Source of the DNA: Phoronis australis
Lineage: Eukaryota; Animalia; Phoronida
Direction: 5' to 3'
Length of the DNA: 64,000 nt
Assembly (NCBI GenBank): GCA_002633005.1
Contig: NMRA01000037.1
Coordinates: 1,378,577 to 1,442,576, forward strand
In this document: piece by piece, positions 11,861 through 23,520 of the stretch
Layout: each line of letters begins with the position of its first letter
Numbering within the stretch: position 1 is the stretch's first letter
Position numbers and translations under genes: made by a program
The notes under the pieces: model-generated
Seen by the model: only the letters and a program-made list of their open reading frames with translations
Databases searched by the model: none
Told to the model about the DNA's origin: nothing

Positions 11861-13229
11861 ACTAATCAGTCGGGCACGTTTCGAGGTAACCCACACTCCA
11901 GAATGCAAACACGGAAGTCGTGCATGCTTTTAAGTTGAAAAGAAAAAGTATTGAAGAACTTTTGAAGGATCCGAAAAACACGACCCCCTGTTAACGTTGA
12001 ACTGACCAAGTGTGTTCTTCTCAAGATCTTCTCGTAACAGAAAAAATATTGTCTTTTTTCATTCTGAATATTTCAATCCTTTGGTCGTCTCTATATGTTC
12101 CTAAATGACATGCAACAATTCTCCCATCAGTCTTGCGATCGTTTCGTTTCCCACACATTTCGATCTGATGACGATCCAAGCATAAACCCAATGCATGAGT
12201 AATGAGGATAACTCATTTTTTGTACTAAATCGAGTCTACTCATTATGGTAGCGTTTTTGAAAATGAGCGTGGAGCGCAGAGATTTTGCTTTTATGAAGTC
12301 GTGCGAACCCGTAGTAAGTGTAATATAATAATATAAAAAACAAAGGTTTGGAGGCACTAAGAATTATTATTTCTTAATGTTTTATATAATTCATAAATGG
12401 TCATATGGTGAAGAAGGTCCTGAGTGTAATGGTACAGGAATTGAAATTTCTCATGAAATTGCAAATTAAACAATGGAGTCAGAATGAGTGATATAAATAA
12501 ATTTGCTGAACTCGATTATGGCCAGTAAAATGAGGTCGCATTTACTAAACTCTTATATTTACCCACATCAATCACAGAACAAAAGTTGACTGCGCGAAAA
12601 AATCCAGTCAAACAATAGCGGCCAATGGTGTGTAACTGCCTACATGTAGCTGTACTCATGGGTCTCTCATAAGCCTTGTGCCAGAAGACTTTAAGCGCAT
12701 GTAAGAGGCAAAGTCACCGACTTTACTAAGAAGATCCTCGTTTGCGGTTGGATTTGAGTATTCATAGCTGCCTAGTGGCCACTGGTACTAATTCTGAGTC
12801 TTGGTGTCTGCGGTCATTATGGAAATAACCATGTGCGCGTTTGCTACAGGAGAAGAGCGCGGCCGACGAATTTGTACAGATTGACTACTGTGGGGCCCAC
12901 TAGTGGTTTTATCTATCAAGGTCGTTGTCGTGCCTTCATGAAAGTTGGTGTTTCTATTGAGCAAAAAACAACTCAAGTGAGATTTATATACACAAAACGT
13001 ACCGAGAGTGGCGTGGCGTACATGAAGTTATATCCCACGTATCAACCGAGACCGAAGGTCAAGGTCGATACGCGGAATAATGTCGAGTGGGATATTATTT
13101 CATGTTCGCCAATCGAGTTACGTTTTGTATTTATCCCATACGCTGACGGCAGACGGAGGTGTCACACGCAGTCTGTTAAGCAGTTCACAACACGAGTTAC
13201 TGGTGTCAGCTTATCGCTTGAATTCATCG

Positions 13230-14456
13230 TTTAACACCAAAAAATCACCACACTTCGATGTAAAACCCTTAAAAATACACCGAGTTCTTATAAAGACGTG
13301 TTGTTTCATTTCGCTGTTACGGATTTAATAGTATTTGGACACACAAAGTTGGCAGGCCAATTTACCAACGTGGCGTGGCAGGAGTTTGGGATCTGTTCGG
13401 AGATAAATTCGAAGTATTCTTCCGTGAAATACAGACAGGAGAACTTAGATCTGTGTTGTTCAGACTTGTGATTTTTTGAGTTCTAAACACACAAAACGCT
13501 TGTTATCCCGGCCAGTGGCTCAGAACCCGACCAGGGTCCGTCGCGGCCGCCGGGACTGGCACGAACATAAACCAGCTTCAGTTGGAAACTAAACGTCCAC
13601 TCACGAAAAGACTATAATAGTGAGCCAAAAAATAATGTGCACTTAATGATTTATGTGAATTAGTCACGAAACTGAAAATCTTCTTATACTTGTCGGGGGC
13701 CTCGAAGTCGGGTTCCCCTTCCACAGACCGTCAGAGCAAAGGTTGAACAGTAACAATAATTTGAATAATGTACTTGTATTTCTAAATAAGATTCCCCTAA
13801 CATGTGACCATAGCATATAAAATCGTGCAATTGTTTCACAACAGCTTTCTGTCAGCAAACGCTGAATTAGATTGCGCTCACACGGCCTCGGTGCCCGGTC
13901 AATTACGTTTATTGCCAGTATCAAAAGCCGGTAACGCAGTGGTTTATTCATTGGTGGCTTCTCAACATTTGCACCCACGAATACTGCAAAGGCATTACAA
14001 ATTGTATCTAATGAGACAGACTTTGTTTCAATTTTATATAAGCATTGGTTAGGGTGAGAATAATTAATTTTGAAACAGAACGCAGAATAAACGTCTAAAT
14101 GACAACTCGCCCGGCGCCAAGCCACAGACATGGAGATGTTTCACGGCCTTATATTTGCTATTAACAGCGTATCTTTCATTTTTTACTACCGCGAGCCACT
14201 TCCTAAGCATTTCGAGCTCTCGAGGAAGCCGAAAAACCGATATACCCGCTTTCATCGCAGCTTCATAGTTCGGACAAGCGAGAACGATGCACCGCAGCGG
14301 CATTCACTCTGAAGATGAACCACTGACGTCGCTGCGTCGTTTCTCACAGGTTAACTAGACACCTCTCGGCGAGGTGAGGTCGACCGTATAAGAGGCGATG
14401 TGGATAGACCGATTAAGACGGTAAAAAAGACTAATTAAATCGGGTGGCATTCCCCT
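13230..14456 (-). mobile_element. Kolobok-like element with a THAP-domain remnant (ORF 14064-14303)
   Basis: End TTAA-AGGGGAATGCCACC (minus strand) at 14456-14460. ORF MPLRCIVLACPN..GISVFRLP..LRKWL..VCG matches the THAP C-x4-C..F-P..W..C pattern, with the final His lost. Absent upstream of copy 4. Left boundary approximate. Confidence 0.65.
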
Positions 14457-14920
14457 TTAAATGCATAAAACCTACAAAACAAGATGTCACTAACACATTT
14501 CAAAATTAATACAGTGGATATCAATTAAATTGCATATGATCATAACTCAAAATAAGTTATACATTATGAAATAAATAATGTGATATGAGAAACAGACGCC
14601 AAAAGGCCAGACACTAGCATCTATAAAATAAGAAAAAATCGAAGACAAAAGTAATATTTTGAGGCACACTACTGTTTATTTCAAGTACAAATTTTAATGG
14701 TAACTATAGTTAATACTTGTCAAAATTAGACGCGTGAAGTCAATAACTAATGGTACAATTACATAAAGGTAATAATCATGGAGAGGGTTTATTTCACATT
14801 TCGAATCCTTCACGCACGATTTGATAAAACTCCCAGGAAGGTAAGTCTCGAAAATAAAATCACTTTTAGTTAAGATTCCACTTCTGGCGTTAAATGAAAA
14901 TTGTATTCCATAACAGAGAC

Positions 14921-14943
14921 TTGTTCTGCAGGTGCTGCCATGG
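14921..14943 (+). promoter_or_regulatory. Putative splice acceptor plus strong Kozak start of the TRIM gene
   Basis: TTGTTCTGCAG|GTGCTGCCATGG. The core GCAGGTGCTGCCATGG recurs before all four copies (ATG at 14940, 35947, 38824, 44156). Confidence 0.6.
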
Positions 14944-17084
14944 CTACCAAACACTTAGAAGACATCAAAGAAGGCTTATCATGCTCCATTTGTTTTGCCC
15001 TGTTCGACAGACCGAAGGCACTGCCGTGTTTGCACACATTTTGCGAGAAGTGCATCAGTGATCATGTAGCCAAGACGAAAAAAAACGAATCCTTTCGATG
15101 TCCTCTCTGCAACCAAACCACTTCACTTCCGGCTAATGGGGTTTCAGGCCTCAAAGACAACTTCTTCATCAATGGCCTGATTGATTGTATTCCTACAGAG
15201 GATAATGTGATGTGTGACCTTTGTGCTATAATGTCTCGTGAAAGTTTGGCTACTTTCAAATGTATTCAGTGCTTGGACAATCTGTGCTCTACGTGTGCTG
15301 CAGGACACACTAAGACGAGGCAAACCATAAGTCATAAAGTTGTGAAGCTGGAGGAAATAAAAGCGGGAAAATACTTAGAAGAGATGCGCTCTTGTCGAAA
15401 GAAAATGTGCAAAGTTCATACGACCAAGGAGTTGGAAATGTTCTGTGAACATTGTGGCGTACCCATATGTGTTTTGTGCAAGGCGTTTGAGCACGACACT
15501 CACAAGGTCACTAATCCAGAGTCCGCAGTTCTCCGTTTCGATGACGATATTCGTAAATTGCTTGAGGACGTCTTGCCAATTTCAGAGTTCTTCGAGTCCT
15601 GCGCAGCCAAGTTAAAGGAACAAAGTTCGATGATAGAAAGTGAAACGAAAAGAGCTACCCAGTCAATCAAAGAACATTTTCAGCAGGTTCGACAGTCGAT
15701 AAACACAGAGGAAGATGGACTTCTGAGTGAGGTTGAGAACAAATGCAAAACGCTGTCCAATGAAACCAGCGAAAAACTTGCAGGCGTCGAGCAAAACAGT
15801 AACAAATTGAAGACGTCTATTGCTTACTCCCAGTACTTACAAGAGTCTGGAGATACCATCGAGAAATTACAACAATACAAAGACCTTTTGAAGCAACTGG
15901 GTCGCTTCAGGGGACAGAATTTTACATGTATCTTCTATGAAAAGCCCATGTATACCATCGACCATGACATAGTTCCGGATAATTTTAAGTGCATGAGACT
16001 GCAGTTTTCGGTCAAGACAACGAAACTGGAACTACCAACAACGGGTCCCGCAAAAAAAGAACCCTCTCCTGAAACAAGACCTACCAAAGTAAAAAACAAC
16101 GCATGGTTTAGTGGAGAACCTTCAAAACTCTTTAAAACGAACAGTGAGTTACACCTGAACTCGATGCCAAATAGCTCAACACGACCGAGCACATCTCTGA
16201 CTAGTACGTTGTCAAGTGAGCAACAATGGAAGAGCTGTTCTGATCTCTCAAAGAAAGCTGTTGGCCATACATTCACCATATTACAAAAGGCTAAATCTTT
16301 GACCTCTTTTGACACGAAATTGGTGGGTGAGACTGGCCAAACGTGTTGTGATCTTCAGTTTAACCGTCTCGGCGATTCGTACTTGATAATTGACAGAGAC
16401 AATGCCAAAATGAAAGAATTTGACGAGAACGGCCGGTTTCAACGATCTATTGACAGCTTGAGTTACCCTATGGGTATAACGTGCACCAAAAAAGGTCGCA
16501 TTATGATCACCGATGACTTCCCAGGTATTGCGGTTTACAATAGTAGCTTAACGAGAGAGTGGATAATTGAGAATGAACAGTTTTTCTTCAGAGGTATTGA
16601 TTGCAATGACCAGAGAATCGTCACAGCCGGGGGATCTAAGCTTGTCCTCATGGACATGTGGGGAGCTACAAAGAAAATTTCAAGCAACAAATCTCTCGGT
16701 TTGAAGTCATTCAGGCCATTTTATGTTGCCCTTGCACCAAATGGCAACATTATTTGCACTGACGCTACAGAGAAAACGTTGTATGTCTTAGATCGAAATG
16801 GTACCTCTGTCCTTCACTCATTCCAACAAGAACGTGACATGTCACTTCAGTATCCCGTTGGAGTTGCTTGCGACGAATGGGGTCATATCCTTGTTCTCGA
16901 TTGCCCTAATTCCGGTCCTGGTCGTCTGCACATCTTGTCACCTTCTTGCGAGCATCTCGGCCTTTTACTTGCCAGAAGAGACAACCTTGTTTGCCCCAGA
17001 GGTATCACGATCAGTAAGCCGGGTCAATTGGCGTTAGTGGAGTTCAGAGGACGTGTGAAGGTTTATCAGTACTTATATTTGTGA
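14940..17084 (+). CDS. TRIM-NHL E3 ubiquitin ligase, copy 1 (complete, 714 aa, uninterrupted CDS)
   Basis: C3HC4 RING CSIC..PCLHTFCEKC..CPLC; B-box1 CDLC..CIQC..LCSTC..H; B-box2 CKVH..FCEHC..ICVLC..H..H; coiled coil; S/T/P linker; NHL repeats (YPMGIT, PFYVALAPNGNIICTD, YPVGVACDEWGHILVLD, CPRGITI). Start set at the Kozak ATG rather than the ORF-track TTG. Confidence 0.95.
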   Translation: MATKHLEDIKEGLSCSICFALFDRPKALPCLHTFCEKCISDHVAKTKKNESFRCPLCNQTTSLPANGVSGLKDNFFINGLIDCIPTEDNVMCDLCAIMSRESLATFKCIQCLDNLCSTCAAGHTKTRQTISHKVVKLEEIKAGKYLEEMRSCRKKMCKVHTTKELEMFCEHCGVPICVLCKAFEHDTHKVTNPESAVLRFDDDIRKLLEDVLPISEFFESCAAKLKEQSSMIESETKRATQSIKEHFQQVRQSINTEEDGLLSEVENKCKTLSNETSEKLAGVEQNSNKLKTSIAYSQYLQESGDTIEKLQQYKDLLKQLGRFRGQNFTCIFYEKPMYTIDHDIVPDNFKCMRLQFSVKTTKLELPTTGPAKKEPSPETRPTKVKNNAWFSGEPSKLFKTNSELHLNSMPNSSTRPSTSLTSTLSSEQQWKSCSDLSKKAVGHTFTILQKAKSLTSFDTKLVGETGQTCCDLQFNRLGDSYLIIDRDNAKMKEFDENGRFQRSIDSLSYPMGITCTKKGRIMITDDFPGIAVYNSSLTREWIIENEQFFFRGIDCNDQRIVTAGGSKLVLMDMWGATKKISSNKSLGLKSFRPFYVALAPNGNIICTDATEKTLYVLDRNGTSVLHSFQQERDMSLQYPVGVACDEWGHILVLDCPNSGPGRLHILSPSCEHLGLLLARRDNLVCPRGITISKPGQLALVEFRGRVKVYQYLYL

Positions 17085-17400
17085 AGACATTTTTGAACTA
17101 CATTAGTTTTCTAAATGTCCAATGCTTGGTCATTTACGTTGAAAACTACGTGTCGCGTCTTTTTTGCATTTAACAGCTGATTTTTGTCGTGTTAAAAGTC
17201 ACTACTTGATGCCTGCCGGGCTTGTCCCCAACGCACATGCATCGATGGTCACGGAGTTGGAAACCGATTGGGTCAATTGGTTGAGCTGATTATAGCAGGT
17301 GTCGCAATCATTTGCACTGTATATTTACAAAGTAATTAAACGACTACTGATAATTCCATTTTGGCTGCGACGCACTACCGTAACTCTGTCATGATGTGGT
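17085..17400 (+). other. Putative 3' UTR of TRIM copy 1, conserved with 46283-46585
   Basis: Collinear match to the sequence after copy 4, including ATTAAA (17335, ~46520) as a candidate polyadenylation signal. Confidence 0.55.
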
Positions 17401-18349
17401 GTACATTGTACGTGTTTGTACCAGTGGTTATTTTATCGAGATTCGTGATAGGCAAAAGTATTTGAAAAAGGGAAAAGCTTGGGTTCAAATACTTCTGCAT
17501 ATCACGAAACGAGATATAATATAACAGACTGGTACAAACACGGACGTTGTATAACATATTTATCCTTTTATACGCTCCGCTGGCGATTCTTTAGAGAAGC
17601 GGGTTTACACAGATTGCTCCTCTTGTTTTCTTGTCGTTAGTCATCTTTTTTAATGATCGCAGATCGCGTGACACGTATCCGTCCACGCAATATTTTTCTA
17701 AATGATTTTTTTAGCCTGCATGCTGTATTTTACAGCAGCTACAGGCTTGGGGTGCATATCTGCTATTTTCAGTATTTTCGTCAGTGTTTGAGCTGAAATC
17801 TATTTCTAAGTTAAAATTTGCATACATTTCTGACGTTTTTCTTGACTTCCTTGAGTAATATCTGTGCAGGACACCCAGAGGTTGTGACTGATGCACTTTC
17901 GGACGCTTCTTAAAAATGCTCCTTGCGCGCGTTTCTTATCATTTTTAAGTACAAAATATTCAGAAATTCATCGAATTTACAACAATACAATGTTTACAGT
18001 ATTTGCAGTTTTGCTTTTGGGCTCCACGTAATTTGATTGTTTTGAGAACAAATTTGAAAACTGGCTCATATTTGACCGTAGAGAACCTCATCTGGTGTAG
18101 TGCAATAGGTGACAAAAAGAGTCGTGCATTGGTAATGTATATTGCTTTCTTAATCGCAAACATACTGTGGCAAGTTCGAGACTTTTTGTGATTTAAGTGT
18201 TCTGTTCAGGTGCAACATTTCAGGGCTTGTTAATATAAATTATCAACAACATTTTTATTTCACTTTTTGTTTAGTTTTGAAAACGCATGTCACAGTATTG
18301 GCACGGAGCTGAACCCAAAGTGATGCTATATATATGCAATCATGTTTCT

Positions 18350-18561
18350 ACTGATTGTAGTGTATTGTGTGCACTGAAGGGAATTTTGGCGAGAAAGAAG
18401 GCATCCGTATACAACGCGCGTTGAAAAGGGAAAAGTGGTTCTTCCATATCAAGCCTCACAATACGACCCGTTTTCATTACATTTTGACGGGAATTGAGGC
18501 CGGTTTCGAACCCGGTCCGCAAGAGTTTCGAGTCGTCGACTTTACCACACAGGCGCTCGGA
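18350..18561 (-). mobile_element. tRNA-derived SINE head
   Basis: Minus strand reads GCGCCTGTGTGGTAAAG (A-box-like) ... CCGGGTTCGAAACCGG (B box in a T-arm stem), with no full cloverleaf. 3' boundary approximate. Confidence 0.5.
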
Positions 18562-18654
18562 TTTCCAGATCACTCATAACCATGTAGTAGTGAGTGACGT
18601 CATTTGCCATCGAAGAACAGATAAATAGACCGGGATCCCAGAGCTTTTTTGGGC

Positions 18655-18855
18655 ATGAAAAGGTAACCAATTTTCTTTGGTGCCACAGTGCTCTGTGGGT
18701 ATCCTGATGCTTGGAAATGGCCGTCTGGCAGGTTCGCTCTGGTGGGTGTGGTCAGGGGAGCCAAGAGAATTACACTAAAAAATTGAGCTAGATCAACTTT
18801 TCTGGTAACCACTTAAAACTGCCTTCGATACCTGCTACGTCATCCATTGTATCAA
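18655..18855 (-). repeat. 200-bp inverted copy of 21607-21808
   Basis: ATGAAAAGGTAACCAATTTTCTTTGGTGCCACAGTG... is the reverse complement of ...CACTGTGGCACCAAAGAAAATTGGTTACCTTTTCAT. Confidence 0.92.
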
Positions 18856-19361
18856 CGAGAGAACTCCCAAAATGTAGTGCGGTGTGAATGCCTTAAACTC
18901 GGCCAAGAAACAAAACAGCAGAAAAATTGAGATTTGTTATTCTGCTATTTTTGGTTTAATTGCAACTATAGTACGGTAGAAGTGTAGGCATTTTCAATTT
19001 TTGAATTGAAAGAGATCGTCAAATATGCAAATATGTTGTTCAACCAGTGTCCACTTTGATTGTTGATTGATGGATTGACATGCATGCGTGTACACGTTTG
19101 AACGTTTCTGTTCTTTTAAATTCAGTACATGCTGACAGCCAAGTTCAATATAGGCAGTCCTCCGTCGTGCTAAAAGCCAGACCTTCAACTACTGTATTTT
19201 CTTGCACTGAGAATACACCGTTGAGCATTTTCACGTTGTGATGGAAAGGTAGGCATAGACCTCGACTTTGGTCAATGAAAATCTTCTTTAGTCAATCAAT
19301 GTCAATGGTGCACAACACTGCAGACTTCATACGAGCCACAAACTAGATGGAAAAGATTTCC

Positions 19362-20521
19362 AGGGTTCTATGTCACTATGACGAAGGTTCAATACTCCGA
19401 AGGTCCAGTAATCAAAATGCCCATTACTCCGATGTTCGTTATCTTCTAAAGATCACTACTTTGAATTTCCACTATTCCAAACCCTTGGCCCGGTCTCTAA
19501 TCTTTGTACTCGAAACGAACTGGAAATTATTTTTGACAAATTCTCTGCTCCTTTTGTGCGAACTCAAGATAAGTGGTTATCAGATTGTGCTCGAATAATT
19601 ATAGTTCATGTATATGAGTTTCTAGTCCGCCAAGTTTGCACTTAAAAACCCTTATATGCGTGCTACAAACTCGAGTAAAAACTCGAAATTTCGAGTTTAA
19701 ACTCAAACTTTTGGCTTTAATGTTGGATTTGTCAACTGCAAACTAGGACTAATCAATCATCCACGTAAGTCATTATGTATTCGAGCATTGAGTAATGGAT
19801 ACTTATCTTAAGTTCGCACAAAAATAGAATAAAAAATGCCAAACATTATTTCGAGTTCCATTTCGAGTAAAAAGATTCGAGACTGGGCCCAGAATTCCGA
19901 CAGTTCACTACTTTGGTTGTGTGATCACGACTCATTCTCAAGGAGAGACAATATCTGGGGCACGGCTGCGGCGACCAACGGCGGTTTCAAAATTAAGAAG
20001 ACTAAATGTGACTCCCTGACTTCGTGATGACTGGCAGGGACAGGGTGGCCTTGTAACTTCATTTAGTTTCGACCCGGCCGTGTGTGTCGCGCTGCCATTC
20101 GATCTTGACATGGATTTGATGAATTGTGTCATGGCTGATAATTCATAAGTATTCCTACTTCATATCATTTTAAAATGCAAGTGCGTACTCATTTTAAGAT
20201 ATGCGGACATTTTCGCATGCGCATGAAATCTGACTACCGTTTCTGATTGTGCTGGCCAGCTGGAGACTGTGGTCACTGTCTACATACATGTAAAACCCAA
20301 AGTGTTTTAGTGCCCGGGCGTTGTTTTCGGTATAGGTGCATCTAATAGCCGAAATATCGTTTATTTTAGCATGTAAAAGTTTAAAAATCACATCTGAGTC
20401 TGAAAGTTTAGAGATGTGTGGAGCGGTGAATCTTCGAGTGGTGAATCGTTGAAGTAGTGAACCTTCGGAATAGTCCGTGAACCTTCCGAGTAGTAAACTT
20501 TCGAAATAGTGGGATGTCCCC
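19362..20521. mobile_element. MULE-like non-autonomous element with ~16-bp subterminal tandem repeats
   Basis: Left units of type ACTAYTCCGAAGG (19375-19480) and inverted right units of type AACCTTCGGAATAGT (20425-20515), ending GGGATGTCCC. Contains a nested MITE. Confidence 0.5.
19487..19889. mobile_element. Harbinger-type MITE with ~100-bp TIRs
   Basis: GGCCCGGTCTCTAATCTTTGTACTCGAAA... and ...TTTCGAGTAAAAAGATTCGAGACTGGGCC. Confidence 0.8.
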
Positions 20522-20958
20522 ATTTCCGCTAAAATACAACCAGATATACAATTTTGTTAAATCATTCGCCAACTAGACTTCATATTTCCGTTTGACTATG
20601 CAATGAGGTGTAATTTAAGCATGGCGGATTTGAAACTTCGGCAGAAAATAACGCGCGAATGTTCTCTTTTTGGACCACAATACATCCTAATTTGTGTCCC
20701 GTTCTTTGCGAGCAACCGTCACAGCATCCTCGTATCTGGTATTACAAATTCCGTCTCATCTCATGAACATGAGTCGTCATCATGTATACAGATTTCCCTT
20801 CCCACTAATTAAGCTGCGTCAAAGGCATCACCGAAAACTCTACAGTGTCGACGTTTGCAAAATACCAAGATCCACCGTTCTTGAAATTCGAACCACCCCC
20901 GCTCAATGCTGGCTACGGGCCTGAATAGGATACATGTACATGTATATGCATTTGAGTA

Positions 20959-21808
20959 CAGAGATAGGGGCGACTAAAAAGTCGCCCCTACATCGACCAA
21001 ACCTCTGCACGCTATTGCCCCAACCGCTAAAAATGTCTGTAAAGTATCTTTTGTTGCATGCAGAATGCTCGACATTATGCAAATGGTTTCAAGCGGTTAC
21101 CTGGCGGGTTGATCTAGCTCAACTCGGGTACTTGGGCGTGTCTGGCGAGGATAACCCACCACTATATTTGTCTGGTAGTGTTTAGTCGTGATACCTGGGC
21201 TTACGGTGAATATTTTGGAACTGGTTTTAGGCGGTTACCTCTTGGGTTGATCTAGCTCAATTTTTAACCCTTTTTGATAATCGTCTGACAGGGGCACCTC
21301 ACCACTGACATTGTCTGGCATCTAACTGTTGTGCCATGTTCAGTGATGCTGAACATCGTGCAATTGGTTTCAGACGGTTACCTGATTGGTTGATCTAGCT
21401 CAATTCTGGTATTTCGGCGTGTCTGGCGGGGGTAACCCGCCACTAAATTTGTGTGGCAGTGTTCATTCGTGATACCTGGGCTTACGGTGAATATTTTGCG
21501 ACTGGTTTTAAGCGGTTACCTCTTGGATTGATCTTGCTCAATTTTTGTACCCTATGTTCGTCTGGCAGGTACTCCCCACCACTGAAATTGTCTGGCAGTG
21601 ACCAATTTTGATACAATGGATGACGCAGCAGGTATTGAAGGCAGTTTTAAGTGGTTACCAGAAAAGTTGATCTAGCTCAATTTTTGAGTGTAATTTTCTT
21701 GGCTCCCCTGACCACACCCACCAGAGCTAACCTGCCAGACGGTCATTAGCAAGCATCAGGATACCCGCAGAGCACTGTGGCACCAAAGAAAATTGGTTAC
21801 CTTTTCAT
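20959..21808 (+). repeat. Hairpin-headed tandem array of ~140-bp units (Helentron/HINE-like)
   Basis: Perfect 11-bp stem TAGGGGCGACT-AAAA-AGTCGCCCCTA (20965-20990), then five units sharing GGTTACC-n5-(G/A)GTTGATCTAGCTCAA (~21095, 21233, 21376, 21514, 21653), with alternate units more alike. Confidence 0.75.
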
Positions 21809-21979
21809 TTTGTTTAAATTTTCAATGGGCTTTGAGTAAAAGCTTTATTTGACAAAAATAGCTTACTAGCTTTTCTAAAAGGTCATGACCTCCGACCCCG
21901 GGCCCAGTTACAAAGCCGAGGCGAGTCGAGAAAGGTAGATCGATTCATTGCAATGATTGTCGTTCAGTATGTGGTTTGA

Positions 21980-22118
21980 ATAGATTATTACATGTTCTCA
22001 GTCGTTATCCCCCCTATCTAGAGCCTCCGTGGATTTTGGAGAGTTATTGCACACGGGGCTGACACCCCTCAGGCCCTAGAATACGGGGGATAACGACTGA
22101 GAACATGTAATAATCTAT
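21980..22118. repeat. Perfect 34-bp inverted repeat (MITE or Crypton-type terminal hairpin)
   Basis: ATAGATTATTACATGTTCTCAGTCGTTATCCCCC ... GGGGGATAACGACTGAGAACATGTAATAATCTAT. Confidence 0.88.
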
Positions 22119-22699
22119 ATTTATCCCGTGTGTGTGTGAACACGGCCATGGAATACACCATTGAATGTAAGAAAGTAGAGTCAGTCCGTATTCAGTGGTA
22201 GATGCCGCATTTCACGGTTGGTGTACAGTCTCCTGGTGATGTAAATTCACCGAGTGTACGACGGCAAATTTGATTCTGTTTGTTCATATGGATTACCTAA
22301 AACATTTATCCAAGGGGTCGCTCTTGTAAAAACAGATTTACTGGTGTACAAACTAGAAACGTTCAGCAACGATTTGCCGATGAATATTTTGACGCACTGT
22401 GACCTGCAGCTATTTTAGGCTTTGCTAGTTTTAGGTCATCATAATTTGGTAAATTGCCTGCGTGGTAAGGCAAAATCTTATTCAAATCAAACGAAAGCTT
22501 TTTGGTAAATATACTTTGAGAATTAAGATATTTACAGAAAACTGCAGCCCAATAATCGAGTATATATATTTTAGTGACACAACCGTCTTATCACAGCATT
22601 CGTCGATCGACTATCTCATCTGTGGCTGTTGTCTACTTTTCGCAATGGCAATATTCGGCATCGAATTTGATTAGTCTCGCATTGTTATGGGTTTTTTAG

Positions 22700-23520
22700 T
22701 CTATAAAAGGAATGCTAACGCCGCCAAAAAACCAAGAGTGATATGGCCACAGGTGGATTTAAGGAGGGGGGCCTGCCCCCCACCCTTGGCTGCCGCGAGC
22801 AAAATGAAACAGTAACAGCGTGAAGCGATGTGAGGAAATATTGAGCTCACTAACGAGGACCGATAGCGGATAAGGGGGAGGGCTCAGACCCCAGATCGCT
22901 GCGGAATCGTGTTTCCGTTTTTTTTTTCTATTTTATTTTAGTTCAGCGATAGATCGGCCACTGGATATGGCAACATTCCATGAATGACAAGAAGCAAAGA
23001 ACTGAATTGGAGGCATTGAAGAAAAACACTTTGATTCGCTCCTGCGACGTTTCTTCCTGGAAGTACGCAAATTTGATTGCAGCAAATACGAGCCAGACAC
23101 ATTGACATGCATACACAAATCACTCGACCAACATTGAAGAGAAAAGAAATACACTATAATTTCTACGGTAATAGGCAATTTGACTCACCCCACGAGGCCT
23201 TCAAAGCCAAGCGTAAGCAATTGAAAGACCTCGGCAGAAAAGCTAACCGACAAGGAGGCAAATATTCTAAAAGAGAAAGAGTTCATGAGAACTGATCATC
23301 CTCGAGCCCTCCTAAATCAAATCTCGTTAACTGAACAAAACTAAGACGTTCCGGTTTCATGGTTGCGATGAAAACAGGAAGTCGAGTTGGGGCGACATCA
23401 TGCCTAAATCGTCTACAGACACCGGCTAATACCTGGAATTCAACGAAAGAGCAACAAAACAGGAAAAGATGGAACGGAAGTTAGACCATTCAATGCCACG
23501 GTTTTGGCCACAGAAGTACA
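22700..23520 (+). mobile_element. Decayed Crypton (tyrosine-recombinase, DUF3504-type) relic, copy 1
   Basis: Frameshifted translation NAN..KKTKSDMATFHE..DSLLRRFFLEVRKFDCSKYEPDTL..FKAKRKQLKDLG..WGDI..YLEFNERATK matches Crypton/ZMYM/QRICH1-type DUF3504 motifs. Confidence 0.8.
22748..22963. mobile_element. hAT-type MITE with 8-bp TSD, nested in the Crypton relic
   Basis: GATATGGC at 22740-22747 and 22964-22971; ends CACAGGTGGATTTA and TAGATCGGCCACTG. Empty site in the paralog near 47160 (GAGTGATGTGGCAACATTCC). Confidence 0.88.

Larger units (their letters stand above)
4458..12230 (+). repeat. Segmental duplication unit A (upstream flank of TRIM copy 1), paralogous to 30599-35800
   Basis: Collinear, high-identity match starting GGCACAACTGGGCATATTCTG at 4458 and 30599, interrupted by A-specific insertions (8180-10435, 10461-10486). 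Confidence 0.92.

Noticed and set aside
14901-14939. N-terminal extensions in the ORF track (also 44117-44155)
   Set aside because: They start at TTG under bacterial-style rules. The conserved Kozak ATG and upstream AG acceptor indicate this is intron/UTR sequence.
15062-16315. Recurrent antisense ORFs within the TRIM copies
   Set aside because: Shadow ORFs that recur only because the sense CDS is duplicated.
18490-18561. tRNA gene
   Set aside because: A and B boxes are present but no convincing acceptor or anticodon stems; better explained as a SINE head.
21060-21808. CRISPR-like appearance of the regularly spaced GTTGATCTAGCTCAA motif
   Set aside because: The intervening sequences are homologous to each other, the period is ~140 bp, there are no cas genes, and the context is eukaryotic.
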